Positions 9,595 to 18,829 of a stretch of DNA of 64,000 nt are shown here, one piece after another (the stretch's first letter is position 1; each line of letters opens with the position of its first letter). Where the stretch lies: contig JAAZBV010000011.1 of NCBI GenBank assembly GCA_012513605.1, positions 80 through 64,079 of the forward strand. Reading direction: 5' to 3'. The stretch is from Desulfatiglans sp. GTDB lineage: Bacteria > Desulfobacterota > DSM-4660 > Desulfatiglandales > HGW-15. The notes under the pieces are model-generated. The model was not told the origin of the DNA, did no database searches, and saw nothing but the letters and a program-made list of their open reading frames with translations. The translations under genes and the position numbers were made by a program.

Positions 9595-10395
9595 CTAATC
9601 CGCAACTATCGAAATACCTCCATTTACCGTAGACAAATCAATACTCGATCCTCCGCCATTTACCTTACCATCTATCTTTTTCCCGATAAATTTCCCGGTA
9701 ACAGTTACTGGAAAATCCGTGCTTATACCGCCGTTTACAGTTGATGCATGAATATCAGCAGCAACATCAGAAGGTAGAGAAAGTCTTACACTGCCGTTAA
9801 CACTTGATAGATGAATATCATCACTTTTATCAAGATGTGTTGACCTCGCTTTAATCGCACCATTAACTGTACTTGCTTCAATTGAACCGTTAATATCAGA
9901 CACATTAACTGATCCATTAACAGTTTTCAGAGAAATCTCACCTTTTAGATTTTCTGCTTTTACAGCACCGTTTACTGAATCTAAATTTAAATCTGTTTCA
10001 ACAGGTATTTTTATTGAATAATCCACAATTACAGTATACCTTTCATCATTATTGAAATTCCAGTCAGACACACCGTGCTTTTTATTCGGGTAATCGGCCT
10101 CTATCCTCAGCCTGTCACCGCTCTCATCAATTTCTATTTTTACTTTTTTGATTATCTCTTCCGCATCAACGCTGCTTCCCCATTCTGCTTTTACCCTGAT
10201 TTCAGCACCAATTTTTACCTGGTCTTTGTCCCATGATTCTGCATTAATGTAACCATTAATATTTCTCACAGAAACCTTCCCTCCGCTCTTAAAACTTATA
10301 GTTTTGTGGAACTCATCAGTTGCTGTTTGTGCAATTAAAGATAATGGCGAGATAAAAAGTAAAAACAGACTTATCATGATAGTTTTTTTTAACAT
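9595..10395 (-). CDS. Secreted DUF4097-type (LiaG/putative adhesin-like) beta-repeat protein
   Basis: Signal peptide (MLKKTIMISLFLLFISPLSLIAQ) and repeated 'SVNGSV / TVNGAI / TVNGGI' strands. Confidence 0.85.
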   Translation of the reverse strand: MLKKTIMISLFLLFISPLSLIAQTATDEFHKTISFKSGGKVSVRNINGYINAESWDKDQVKIGAEIRVKAEWGSSVDAEEIIKKVKIEIDESGDRLRIEADYPNKKHGVSDWNFNNDERYTVIVDYSIKIPVETDLNLDSVNGAVKAENLKGEISLKTVNGSVNVSDINGSIEASTVNGAIKARSTHLDKSDDIHLSSVNGSVRLSLPSDVAADIHASTVNGGISTDFPVTVTGKFIGKKIDGKVNGGGSSIDLSTVNGGISIVAD

Positions 10396-10560
10396 ACTTT
10401 GCCTCCTGGATAGTATTTTATTTATATATTGTTAAAACATTTTCTGCATAAAAAGATCCTGAAAAAATTATGCCCATTGTACTTGTTAAAGAGAAAACAA
10501 TAAGTGGCCCACGCTTCTGCACCCTTCACACAGAGTAAATTCCGGATTTTATTTTTATTG

Positions 10561-11016
10561 TTAATTGTTCATTGTTAATTGTTCATAAATAAACCTTGCA
10601 ATCCAGAAGCAAAAAAATGCACAAAAAAATAAAATTATACTTGTTTTTGTAATCCCGCAGTGGATCTTGAGTGTGATTTCTTTCCCTGTAACAATTTCAA
10701 TGGAAAATTTTATCAAAACAAATAAAAGAGCAGCGTAGATAATCGGTCCCAGTAGATGAAATCTGAAAGATTCCTGAAAGTTTAAATGAGAAACTGCATA
10801 AAAGGATCGGGTTAACCCGCAGGTAGGACAACTGTAACCTGTGAGTTGTTTAAATTGACATGTCAGGAACTCTGTTTCTTCAGGATTTATAAAGATCGAA
10901 ACCAGGAATACAGACAGTAAAGTTAATGCCATAACAGCTTTGGGGATAATTTTGTTTACAGGCATCGGGTTGTATGCGTAGATTTTTTCCATGGGTAAGT
11001 ACGTTCTATAACTCAT
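10561..11016 (-). CDS. DUF2752-family membrane protein
   Basis: 'CPTCGLTRSF' motif plus 3-4 TM segments. ATGA overlap with the upstream gene. The last residues (EQLTMNN*) are encoded by an intergenic-type repeat word. Confidence 0.8.
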   Translation of the reverse strand: MSYRTYLPMEKIYAYNPMPVNKIIPKAVMALTLLSVFLVSIFINPEETEFLTCQFKQLTGYSCPTCGLTRSFYAVSHLNFQESFRFHLLGPIIYAALLFVLIKFSIEIVTGKEITLKIHCGITKTSIILFFCAFFCFWIARFIYEQLTMNN

Positions 11017-11951
11017 ACAAATCCATTGAAGCCATCATCATACGGCTCCGGAAATGTCTTATACTCAAGGCCGAATTGTTCCAGAAACTCTACACTCATT
11101 GCCCTGAAGGTGTATTTGATTGGCAGCAGTATAATTGTTCCGATATAGGGAAAGGCTAATATTATAAAACCAATACAGCATGTAGATAATCCGATAATTA
11201 TGACACAGATGGCTATCAGGAGATGCAGTAAGAATATTATTATTCCATAAAAAATAAACTGCAGCATGTATCTGCTGAACAGGGGCATGAAGCGTCTCCA
11301 CGCCTCAACGGAGCCAATATTGTTTTTATACATGATCGGTACAACAAAATGGGTAAGGAATAAAGTAATGTATCCTGCAATAATACATATTGCTAATAAA
11401 CATAGAACCATTCCGGCAATAATCAGACCGGTGGCTAAACCTGGAAAATCGTTACTCTGGAAATAAAACACAACAAAAAGTATGGCAGCTAAAAACAGCA
11501 TAATAACTGCAAACATAATAATACTGAAACAGAGCCGCCACAGGAAGAGTGAGTCTCCCAGGGTTTTAAATTGATTCCAGGGCTTTGATACCAGTGCTCG
11601 ATCGTGAACAACATTATCCAGGAACATAAATTTCCCCCGTGAACTCAACCATAGCAAAAGTACGCCAAGCGCGATAAAAAATAATGTGCCCAGGCCAATA
11701 AGCATAAACCAAAAAGGGTTATTTAAAAGCCATTCCCATGCCATTCCGGGAAAATCTGAGATTTTTTCAATGTTCCAGTTATTTTGCCATGACTTATTAA
11801 AGGAACCGTTGCCTGAGTATCCATCTACCAGGCCCGCGAGAAAGGCAGTAAATCCGACTGTAAACCATTTACCCATATCAAAGGGATTGAAGAGGGCATT
11901 TTTCATCCGGCCCCAGCCATTGGACAACGGTTTTCCATAGTTAATATCCAT
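11013..11951 (-). CDS. Polytopic membrane protein, function unknown
   Basis: 312-aa ORF with several long hydrophobic segments, overlapping the downstream DUF2752 gene. Confidence 0.7.
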   Translation of the reverse strand: MDINYGKPLSNGWGRMKNALFNPFDMGKWFTVGFTAFLAGLVDGYSGNGSFNKSWQNNWNIEKISDFPGMAWEWLLNNPFWFMLIGLGTLFFIALGVLLLWLSSRGKFMFLDNVVHDRALVSKPWNQFKTLGDSLFLWRLCFSIIMFAVIMLFLAAILFVVFYFQSNDFPGLATGLIIAGMVLCLLAICIIAGYITLFLTHFVVPIMYKNNIGSVEAWRRFMPLFSRYMLQFIFYGIIIFLLHLLIAICVIIIGLSTCCIGFIILAFPYIGTIILLPIKYTFRAMSVEFLEQFGLEYKTFPEPYDDGFNGFV

Positions 11952-12225
11952 GATTCCTCCCCGAAATTATAGAGTGTCCTGCTTCAATGTATTGGTCCTG
12001 AATCCAATATCATCAAGCACAACCATTCCTTTATGCGTTTTGTCAAAGACAAAGGCGACCTTATATAACTTTTCCGGATCAAACGCCGGATTTGCCCTGG
12101 AAAAGTATGTAGGTTGGGTTAAGCGAAGCAACCCAACAAAGACACTAAAAGGATGTTGGGTTATTGACCCAACATGGCTACTGCAAAATCTGGGTTGAAA
12201 TGTATATTCCTTCGGAAAAATTTTT

Positions 12226-12852
12226 TTATACAAACTCAACCTCAGGTTCGGTCTCCGATTCTTTTAAGAAAATCATACCCAAAACTATTAACGCTACATT
12301 GAAAAATAGTATGCCGATGAACCACAGGATTATGGTGAAAAAACATACACCACCGATTATTTGCATTATTGCATAGATACGATACAGACCAGATGTCTGG
12401 TCCTTTAACTCTAGAAGCCTGACACCATAAATAAAATAGATGATCCCTCCCAGTAGACACAGTGGTATATAAGGCACAATACCAAGTAACATGAGGGCAC
12501 CCTGGTCCCTGGTAAATATCGGTAATATTGTGCTAAAAATTTCCATTGCTAACAAAATAATAAGCATAATAATAATGGATTTTATCATAATACGGATGTT
12601 GTCAAGGTGATACCTTTTGACAAGAAGCCTTTCAAGTTGTAGTAATATGTAAATGGCAAATACGGAATAGACAATTGTTAGAGGTATCCTGATAAAAATC
12701 ATCCAGATTGCTGATAATTTCAAGGCAGTAAGCATACCGAATATAAACATGGGTATTCCCAGGATCGCGGTAAAAAAACATATGAAGGCCGTTGTTTTAA
12801 AGCGCGAATCTACCATAAACGACTGAGAAGCCTCTGTATATGCTATAGCCAT
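12226..12852 (-). CDS. Polytopic membrane protein (DUF2975-like by context)
   Basis: Five or more TM segments. Sits directly downstream of a 70-aa YozG-type HTH gene, a commonly seen pairing. Confidence 0.65.
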   Translation of the reverse strand: MAIAYTEASQSFMVDSRFKTTAFICFFTAILGIPMFIFGMLTALKLSAIWMIFIRIPLTIVYSVFAIYILLQLERLLVKRYHLDNIRIMIKSIIIMLIILLAMEIFSTILPIFTRDQGALMLLGIVPYIPLCLLGGIIYFIYGVRLLELKDQTSGLYRIYAIMQIIGGVCFFTIILWFIGILFFNVALIVLGMIFLKESETEPEVEFV

Positions 12853-12888
12853 GTTGATTCCTCCGGAAAGGATTTTTAAATAATAGTT

Positions 12889-13101
12889 TCAGACAAATTC
12901 AACTAAATATTCAAGTATGTCCCCTGGCTGGCAATCCAGTTCGCGACATATTGCATCAAGTGTGCTGAACCGTATGCCCTTTACCTTTCCTGTTTTAAGA
13001 AGTGAAAGGTTGGTCATTGAAATGCCGATCTTCTCTGATAAATCGGTCAGAGACATTTTCTTTTTTGCCATCATTACATCTAGTCGTATTTCTATAGCCA
13101 T
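12889..13101 (-). CDS. XRE/Cro-family HTH transcriptional regulator (YozG-like, 70 aa)
   Basis: 'MSLTDLSEKIGISMTNLSLLKTGKVKGIRFSTLDAICRELDCQPGDILEY'. Confidence 0.9.
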   Translation of the reverse strand: MAIEIRLDVMMAKKKMSLTDLSEKIGISMTNLSLLKTGKVKGIRFSTLDAICRELDCQPGDILEYLVEFV

Positions 13102-13532
13102 GGAGTGATAATAATTGAGATATTTTAATTTGTCAATAAAGATTTTATGTTAAACATTAAATTATATCTGTTTAGAATAATATTTTATTGGTGAGGCAAA
13201 CTTTAACTTTTCCTGAATACAGGTCATTTCCCGAATTCGTTAATTTGAGTAGAGCGGGACAATCCTATAATCTCCAGACAAGGTAAAAAATAAAACAAGT
13301 GAATCCGGTTAGCCCAACTTCCGTAGTAAATAAAATTAACAGAAAATAAGAGAAACAGGCAGAAGAAGAGCTGGTAACCCATTGATATATCGAGCAGGGG
13401 TTATAGAGAAAGTGTGAAAGCTAATGTAGTTCCGGCCAGGTACATTGACTTGATGATGGAAGGCGATATAATTGTCGCATATATATAAGGAAGAAGACAT
13501 GGCTAAAAGGATAGAGGGATTTCAATTAACTT

Positions 13533-14321
13533 TTGTTTTATTGGAGTATCACTGAAGCCGTGAACATCGCAAGAAGCTATTCCAATCAAATTATTCACGC
13601 CAGGATAAGTAGCCTGATAAGGGAGCATTCCGAGAACAAAACGGACATACGCACTATCGCGAACGAAATGATCGACTGGGAAGGCGTACATCGCATGATA
13701 GATCTTGGCTGCGGTTACGGCTGGTTTGAAGAGGCGCTGAAAGATTCAATAACAAAAAATCTCGACCTTATTGCAGGCATCGATTATCTGAACGAAAATT
13801 ACGATCCGTTCCTGCAATGTGCAAAAAAAATCTCCAGGGAGGCTGTATTCAAAAAAGTCATCCTCCCTGCCCCCCTGGATTTCCCGTCAGATTATTTTGA
13901 CCTGGCAGTCTGCTCTTACTCGCTCTATTTTTTCCCTGACATTATCCGGGAGGTAAAACGGATTCTTCGCAGGGACGGTATTTTCCTGGTTATAACTCAC
14001 AGCGAGAGAATGCTCGAAGAAGGAATGCGCTTTTTTGACTTTAATAATTTACGGACTGTCATAGAAAATTTTTCCGCCGAGAACGGGGAATCGATACTAG
14101 GCCAGTATTTCAGTCGATTACGATCAATCGATTATCCCAATTCCCTTATTTTCCATGAAGGCGAAGATAAAGACCTTGCGGAATATATTAATTTCAAATA
14201 TGAGTTTATCAAAAAAGACGCGGACCCTGATCTTGTGCGGGATACAATGGTTAATGAACTGAAAAAAAACGGGATATTATCTCTGAATAAAAATGATAAA
14301 ATATTTTTGGTAAAGAAATGA
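13533..14321 (+). CDS. Class I SAM-dependent methyltransferase
   Basis: Motif I 'MIDLGCGYGWF' and 'RILRRDGIFLV'. TTG start in the track, so the start is uncertain. The stop overlaps the next start (ATGA). Confidence 0.8.
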   Translation: MFYWSITEAVNIARSYSNQIIHARISSLIREHSENKTDIRTIANEMIDWEGVHRMIDLGCGYGWFEEALKDSITKNLDLIAGIDYLNENYDPFLQCAKKISREAVFKKVILPAPLDFPSDYFDLAVCSYSLYFFPDIIREVKRILRRDGIFLVITHSERMLEEGMRFFDFNNLRTVIENFSAENGESILGQYFSRLRSIDYPNSLIFHEGEDKDLAEYINFKYEFIKKDADPDLVRDTMVNELKKNGILSLNKNDKIFLVKK

Positions 14322-15346
14322 AAAAAAAGAAATACTGTAATTTTTGCGGGAAAGAACTCGTATCGGAATTTATTGACGAGAAAGAAAGACAGGTATGCAA
14401 AAATTGCAGGGAGATTTATTACGAAAATCCGCTCCCCGTGGCTGCCGTGATTCTTCCAAATAAAGAAAGAGAAACCCTGCTCGTAAAAAGAGCGAATGAG
14501 CCGTTTAAAGGAATGTGGTGTCTGCCAGTCGGCTTCGCGGAAACAGGCGAAAGCATAGAAGAGGCAGCCTTGAGGGAGCTTAAAGAAGAAACGGGGATAA
14601 CAGGAAAGATCGTCCAGCTTGTAGATGTATGCTCGCATACAAATCCGCTTTACGGCGAGCTTCTGATAGTCACTTTTGAAGCGGAGAAACTGGGCGGCAC
14701 GGAAAAGGCCGGAGATGACGCGTCGGACTGCAGGTATTTCCCGATCATGAATCTTCCCAAGCTCGCATTCGACTCGCAGGAAAAAGCCGTGCAGAAATAT
14801 GTTGAACTGAAAAAAGACCTCTGGAACATACACGATTCAGTAGATACGTTCGTTAAAGCCGCCATAAAAGGGGAAACGCCCGGGAACAAAAACCTTCTCT
14901 CGGACGACCTGTTAACTATCGCAAGCGAAAATTCAAAAAAAATCATAAATTTATGGATCGATGACATAACGACCAATCCATCAACAACATCCTATCGCAG
15001 TCTGGACAGAAATGACCTTTTTGAAAGGGCAGCGTTCATTATAGACAGATTCGAGTTATGGCTGAAAGGCACGAAAACAGAAGAAGAGTTGAAAGATTTT
15101 TATTATAACCTTGCTAAAAAACGGAAAGAAGACAACGTCGTTCTTAAAGACCTGATAAGCTCTCTCAGCCTTCTTAAAAAACATACCTGGATGTTTATTT
15201 ATTCCTACGGCGTGTGGGAGAAAGCCGTCGACATATACCGCATGTTTGAACTCGGGGAAAGACTCGTTTATTTCTTTGACAGGGCGGCGTATTATACAGT
15301 CATGGGATACATGGAACTTTCAGGCAGCAATAAGAAGAAACAATAA
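14318..15346 (+). CDS. Zinc-ribbon + NUDIX hydrolase + ~170-aa helical C-terminal domain
   Basis: 'CNFCGKE...CKNCRE' ribbon and Nudix box 'GFAETGESIEEAALRELKEETGI'. The C-terminal half has no motif I can name. Confidence 0.85.
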   Translation: MKKKKYCNFCGKELVSEFIDEKERQVCKNCREIYYENPLPVAAVILPNKERETLLVKRANEPFKGMWCLPVGFAETGESIEEAALRELKEETGITGKIVQLVDVCSHTNPLYGELLIVTFEAEKLGGTEKAGDDASDCRYFPIMNLPKLAFDSQEKAVQKYVELKKDLWNIHDSVDTFVKAAIKGETPGNKNLLSDDLLTIASENSKKIINLWIDDITTNPSTTSYRSLDRNDLFERAAFIIDRFELWLKGTKTEEELKDFYYNLAKKRKEDNVVLKDLISSLSLLKKHTWMFIYSYGVWEKAVDIYRMFELGERLVYFFDRAAYYTVMGYMELSGSNKKKQ

Positions 15347-15559
15347 AATATTTTACGATATTACCTTCATCCAGGGGTGTAAAGGGGGACTCTGTAAGTT
15401 TATAAGGTTGGTGCGATTTAACCTAATAACCTTACAGTGAGAGGGAACGTTGTTAGCTTACTAAGTATAAATCATATCAATAAGCTAAACCCCTATCGTC
15501 TACTGGCTGCAAAATTGGACCAGCATAACTGGTAAAATTCTGTTTGTTTAAGTGGTGGC

Positions 15560-15895
15560 CTAAGGCGGAATTATTATATTAAGCTCAATAATTAAAGGGG
15601 GTAGATCATCTGTCAGTGTCTTCCATAAGATATCAAGATTTATCTCAAAGTAGGCGTGAATTAACCGATTTCTCATCCCTATTATGTCACTCCAGGGAAT
15701 TTGAGGGAATTCATCCCTGCATTCTTTTGAAACACTACTTGCTGCTTCACCAATTATTTCTACACATTTAACAAGGGCAAGTTCCAATTTCCTGTCATTG
15801 CTAATATCGTTTCTATCTTTTTCACTTATGAACCCTTCCGCTTCTATTGCAGCATCCAGCATATGACGAAGACGAATAATGTCATTCTTCAACAT
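15560..15895 (-). CDS. hepT: HepT-family (DUF86) toxin
   Basis: '[11 protein letters not shown]' (Rx4HxY motif). Overlaps the upstream MNT gene. Confidence 0.9.
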   Translation of the reverse strand: MLKNDIIRLRHMLDAAIEAEGFISEKDRNDISNDRKLELALVKCVEIIGEAASSVSKECRDEFPQIPWSDIIGMRNRLIHAYFEINLDILWKTLTDDLPPLIIELNIIIPP

Positions 15896-16190
15896 ATTTC
15901 ACCTCTGCTGATTCTAATACATCATTTCTGAAATAACGACTAAGATCCTCTGCAGTTCGCATATCCACTTTTCGCCCCAGTACTGAACTTAATTCGTTTT
16001 CCATACCAGCGAGGCGTATCAGTCCTGGAATATGATCAGGAAAAAACTCAACCAGCATATCGATATCGCTATCATCATTAAAATCGTCCCGCAAAAAAGA
16101 ACCAAAGACTGATAATTTACGTATATGGTTTCGTCGGCAGAATTCTCTAATTTTTCTATATGAAAGATCAATGCCCGATTTTCCCATCAT
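15882..16190 (-). CDS. mntA: MNT-family nucleotidyltransferase antitoxin
   Basis: '[21 protein letters not shown]' (GS...DxD nucleotidyltransferase motif). Confidence 0.9.
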   Translation of the reverse strand: MMGKSGIDLSYRKIREFCRRNHIRKLSVFGSFLRDDFNDDSDIDMLVEFFPDHIPGLIRLAGMENELSSVLGRKVDMRTAEDLSRYFRNDVLESAEVKYVEE

Positions 16191-16327
16191 CTCTACCTCA
16201 AAATCTTAAGAAAGATTTGTCTTATACACAAAACAGATTATATATTTTATCACATGAATGTCAAACCATCAGCTATAAGCATCATATGCCTGACCGTTAC
16301 ATGATTATCTTCTGTAAAAAGGGGTCA

Positions 16328-16436
16328 GAGAACAATAAGGAACAATAAGTGCCTATACAGTTGACAGACCCTCATAAAAGATTTCAAGTCAGCCTTTGAC
16401 TCTTGGTACCTTCAATCCACCTTAGGCGGACAAGTA
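16328..16436. repeat. Copy 2 of the ~99-nt direct repeat (partner at 8389-8487), with an extra 'gaacaataag' duplication at its start
   Basis: See copy 1. Same orientation. It is immediately followed by the 'gcaggctgaag...ttcggctgaaggctattag' word that also occurs at 7223-7258. Confidence 0.85.
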
Positions 16437-16809
16437 GCAGGCTGAAGCTTTTTCGGCTGAAGGCTATTAGTATTTTCCGATCTTCTCTTCAGACTACAGT
16501 CTAAACACCTTTGGGCTATCTTTCATTACCCATTGTAATTCATGGCATTTACCGAGGTCATCTTTCCCATCAAGTTTGACTGCCCACACCAGAGATTCAG
16601 ACCAGTTGTGTTTTTCAGCAACTTGTGGGACAGTAAAGCCTTTCTTTAGATCGTCATTTACAACTTTTAGCAAGATTGCCAAAAGTTGTAAATGCTTTGA
16701 GATTGATTGCTGTAGAAGGCCAAATCGGCTATATACATATCCACTGTTCTTCGTGCCCTGCCTATTGCCTTTCCAATAGATGATAAAAATTCATGATTGC
16801 ATTCAATTA

Positions 16810-17943
16810 TCAATCAAGTTTGATGTTAATGTCCCAGTGTTTTGCTATAGCTTTTAATTCGTCCTGGGTCAGATATGTTACTGCACCATGTTTCGGGCGT
16901 TCAAAATTTGTTCCCTTCATCACTCCTTCATTAAAATGCCCTATATCCTTGTAACTGACAAAGTCCTTGGTTTCACTGAATCCCATATTGTTGGGTCTGG
17001 CGCCATAGACATCATACATCAGAACATATGTGTCGGTTCCCAAACGTTTAAACAGGTTGGGAGCCTCTGTGTTTACAGTCTCCGGATCAATCCGTTTTGG
17101 CTCCGGTTTGTATCCCCTGTTTATCCTGTCTGAGACGGCATGAAGGATTTTTGCCTGTGATACATAGTACATATGAAATTTGTCATCAACCCTTGTTATA
17201 TCACCGTCAATACCTTCGATGTTTTCTATGGGTTTGGGCGTTGTTTCGAGCCTGGTAAAATCATCGTTCGTATATGAATAGTACATGTGGCAGTCACCAT
17301 TATCTACACGGATGGTGAAATATATCATCATCTTTCCCTTTATTTCATCGTAGACAGTCTCAGGCGCCCAGGAACATCCTATGTCTCCCAGCTCCGGGAA
17401 TTCCCTGTCTATCCTGATATCCGAATGAGTCCAGTGGATAAGGTCGAATGATTTCATAAGGACTATGGCCCGATTGTTCCCCCATCCGTATTTTTCGTCA
17501 GATCTTTCCCATTTTGTATCACGGAATCCAGCCATTTTACCGAAGATGTGAAGGTCTGTCATGGCCAGGTAAAATGCTCCGTCAGGACCCCGCGTAATAT
17601 GCGGATCGCGAACTCCTTTTTGTTCAGCCAGTATCTCACCATTAAAAATCGGTTTGCCATTGTTAAGGTCAGTGAACATATATCCGTCACTGCTTACGGC
17701 CATATATGCGCATTGGGTTTCATCTTTAAAATAAACCATTAAATATCCGCCAAAGTCATTTTCTTTCAACTGGTGGATACTCCGGTAGTTATCAAGAGTG
17801 GGCACAATTACAATACCTCCGGATTCAACTCCTGCCGGAGGCGCTTGAGCTAAGGTATACGTAGAAATACAGAAGAATAAAACACCCAGAAGAAAAATAA
17901 TATAAATCTTACATTTATTGTCCTTTATACTGTAGCAGTTCAT
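16810..17943 (-). CDS. Secreted glycoside hydrolase, family 43-like
   Basis: Signal peptide, plus 'GVRDPHITRGPDGAFYL' and 'CSWAPETVYD', typical of the GH43 five-bladed propeller. Confidence 0.8.
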   Translation of the reverse strand: MNCYSIKDNKCKIYIIFLLGVLFFCISTYTLAQAPPAGVESGGIVIVPTLDNYRSIHQLKENDFGGYLMVYFKDETQCAYMAVSSDGYMFTDLNNGKPIFNGEILAEQKGVRDPHITRGPDGAFYLAMTDLHIFGKMAGFRDTKWERSDEKYGWGNNRAIVLMKSFDLIHWTHSDIRIDREFPELGDIGCSWAPETVYDEIKGKMMIYFTIRVDNGDCHMYYSYTNDDFTRLETTPKPIENIEGIDGDITRVDDKFHMYYVSQAKILHAVSDRINRGYKPEPKRIDPETVNTEAPNLFKRLGTDTYVLMYDVYGARPNNMGFSETKDFVSYKDIGHFNEGVMKGTNFERPKHGAVTYLTQDELKAIAKHWDINIKLD

Positions 17944-17955
17944 AGATCTTCCTTT

Positions 17956-18453
17956 TTAATTTCCCGGATTCACATCACGGATACGGATAAGCCACTGGCC
18001 GTTTACTTTAACAAGTTCATTCACCTCGCGACCAGCAGTTACTATATCTCCGCCGGTTTCAAGTACACCCATCCAGTATGCATGGAAGCGTGCATGATTA
18101 TCATCTATAAACTCAATATGCGGATTTGTTACTATGTGATACATGTGGGGCCTTTTTTTGCCATCCTCATTATTTGCATCCATCTTCTGCCATGCATCTA
18201 CCACCATCTTTTTAAGGGCATCCCTGCCTTTTGCTGTGGTCTCTTTGCTCCTGAACTCACCATCAGGAGTGAACATGGTGATGAATGCCTCTCCATTGTG
18301 GGAATCGAGCGCCTGGATGTACTCCCACATCAACTGTTCGATCTCCACCCTGTCCTGTGCCCGAAGCTGGACCTTTTCCGAGGCATATAAGGCTGAAGTA
18401 CCTGCCAGCAGTAATACAGACATTGTTAAAACTGCAAGTTTTCTGATAGTCAT
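17956..18453 (-). CDS. Secreted SnoaL-like/NTF2-fold protein
   Basis: Signal peptide and 'EQLMWEYIQALDSHNGEAFITMFTPDGEF'. Confidence 0.75.
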   Translation of the reverse strand: MTIRKLAVLTMSVLLLAGTSALYASEKVQLRAQDRVEIEQLMWEYIQALDSHNGEAFITMFTPDGEFRSKETTAKGRDALKKMVVDAWQKMDANNEDGKKRPHMYHIVTNPHIEFIDDNHARFHAYWMGVLETGGDIVTAGREVNELVKVNGQWLIRIRDVNPGN

Positions 18454-18829
18454 ATTTATATCTCCTTAATTAATAAAAATGGTTCAAGGGTTCGAGTGAA
18501 AGACATGGACACAATAAAAACAGAAACCATATATCTCGCCCGTTCGCTTCGGTCACTGGAGACGCAGAGCACACAGAGAAAAGAATTTTTATTTTCCTAA
18601 AACACAAAACAGTTTTTGCTTTTGTTTTTTTCTGTGGCCTTTGCGCCTCTGTGTGAGACATGTTTTAGGCTTTTGTTTTTTTCGTAGTTAATACTATTCC
18701 ATGTCATCTCACAATATTTAAATTGACGCCAATGCCCCTTTGCGGGTCCTTGATCCCGATTTATCGTGGAATGACAAACAAAATTCCACGATTCTCAAAA
18801 TCGTTGAATAACGCGTCATTATTGCCTTA

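Noticed and set aside
11967-12239. 90-aa minus-strand ORF in the gap between two membrane-protein genes.
   Set aside because: The central part is encoded by a 'gtaggttgggttaagcgaagcaacccaac' repeat word. It overlaps the 3' end of 12226..12852, and no motif is present.
16494-16682. 62-aa ORF 'MAILLKVVNDDLKKGFTVPQVAEKHNWSESLVWAVKL...'. It faintly resembles an N-terminal HTH segment seen in some phage or defence DNA methylases.
   Set aside because: It has a TTG start, no RBS, no downstream catalytic domain, and a frame that closes quickly. At best it is a gene remnant. The evidence is too weak to list it as a pseudogene.
18470-18661. 63-aa ORF between the SnoaL-like and tandem-esterase genes.
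   Set aside because: It is encoded by 'cacagagaaa/ggcctttgcgcctctgtgtgag' word repeats, and the same words recur in other intergenic regions.
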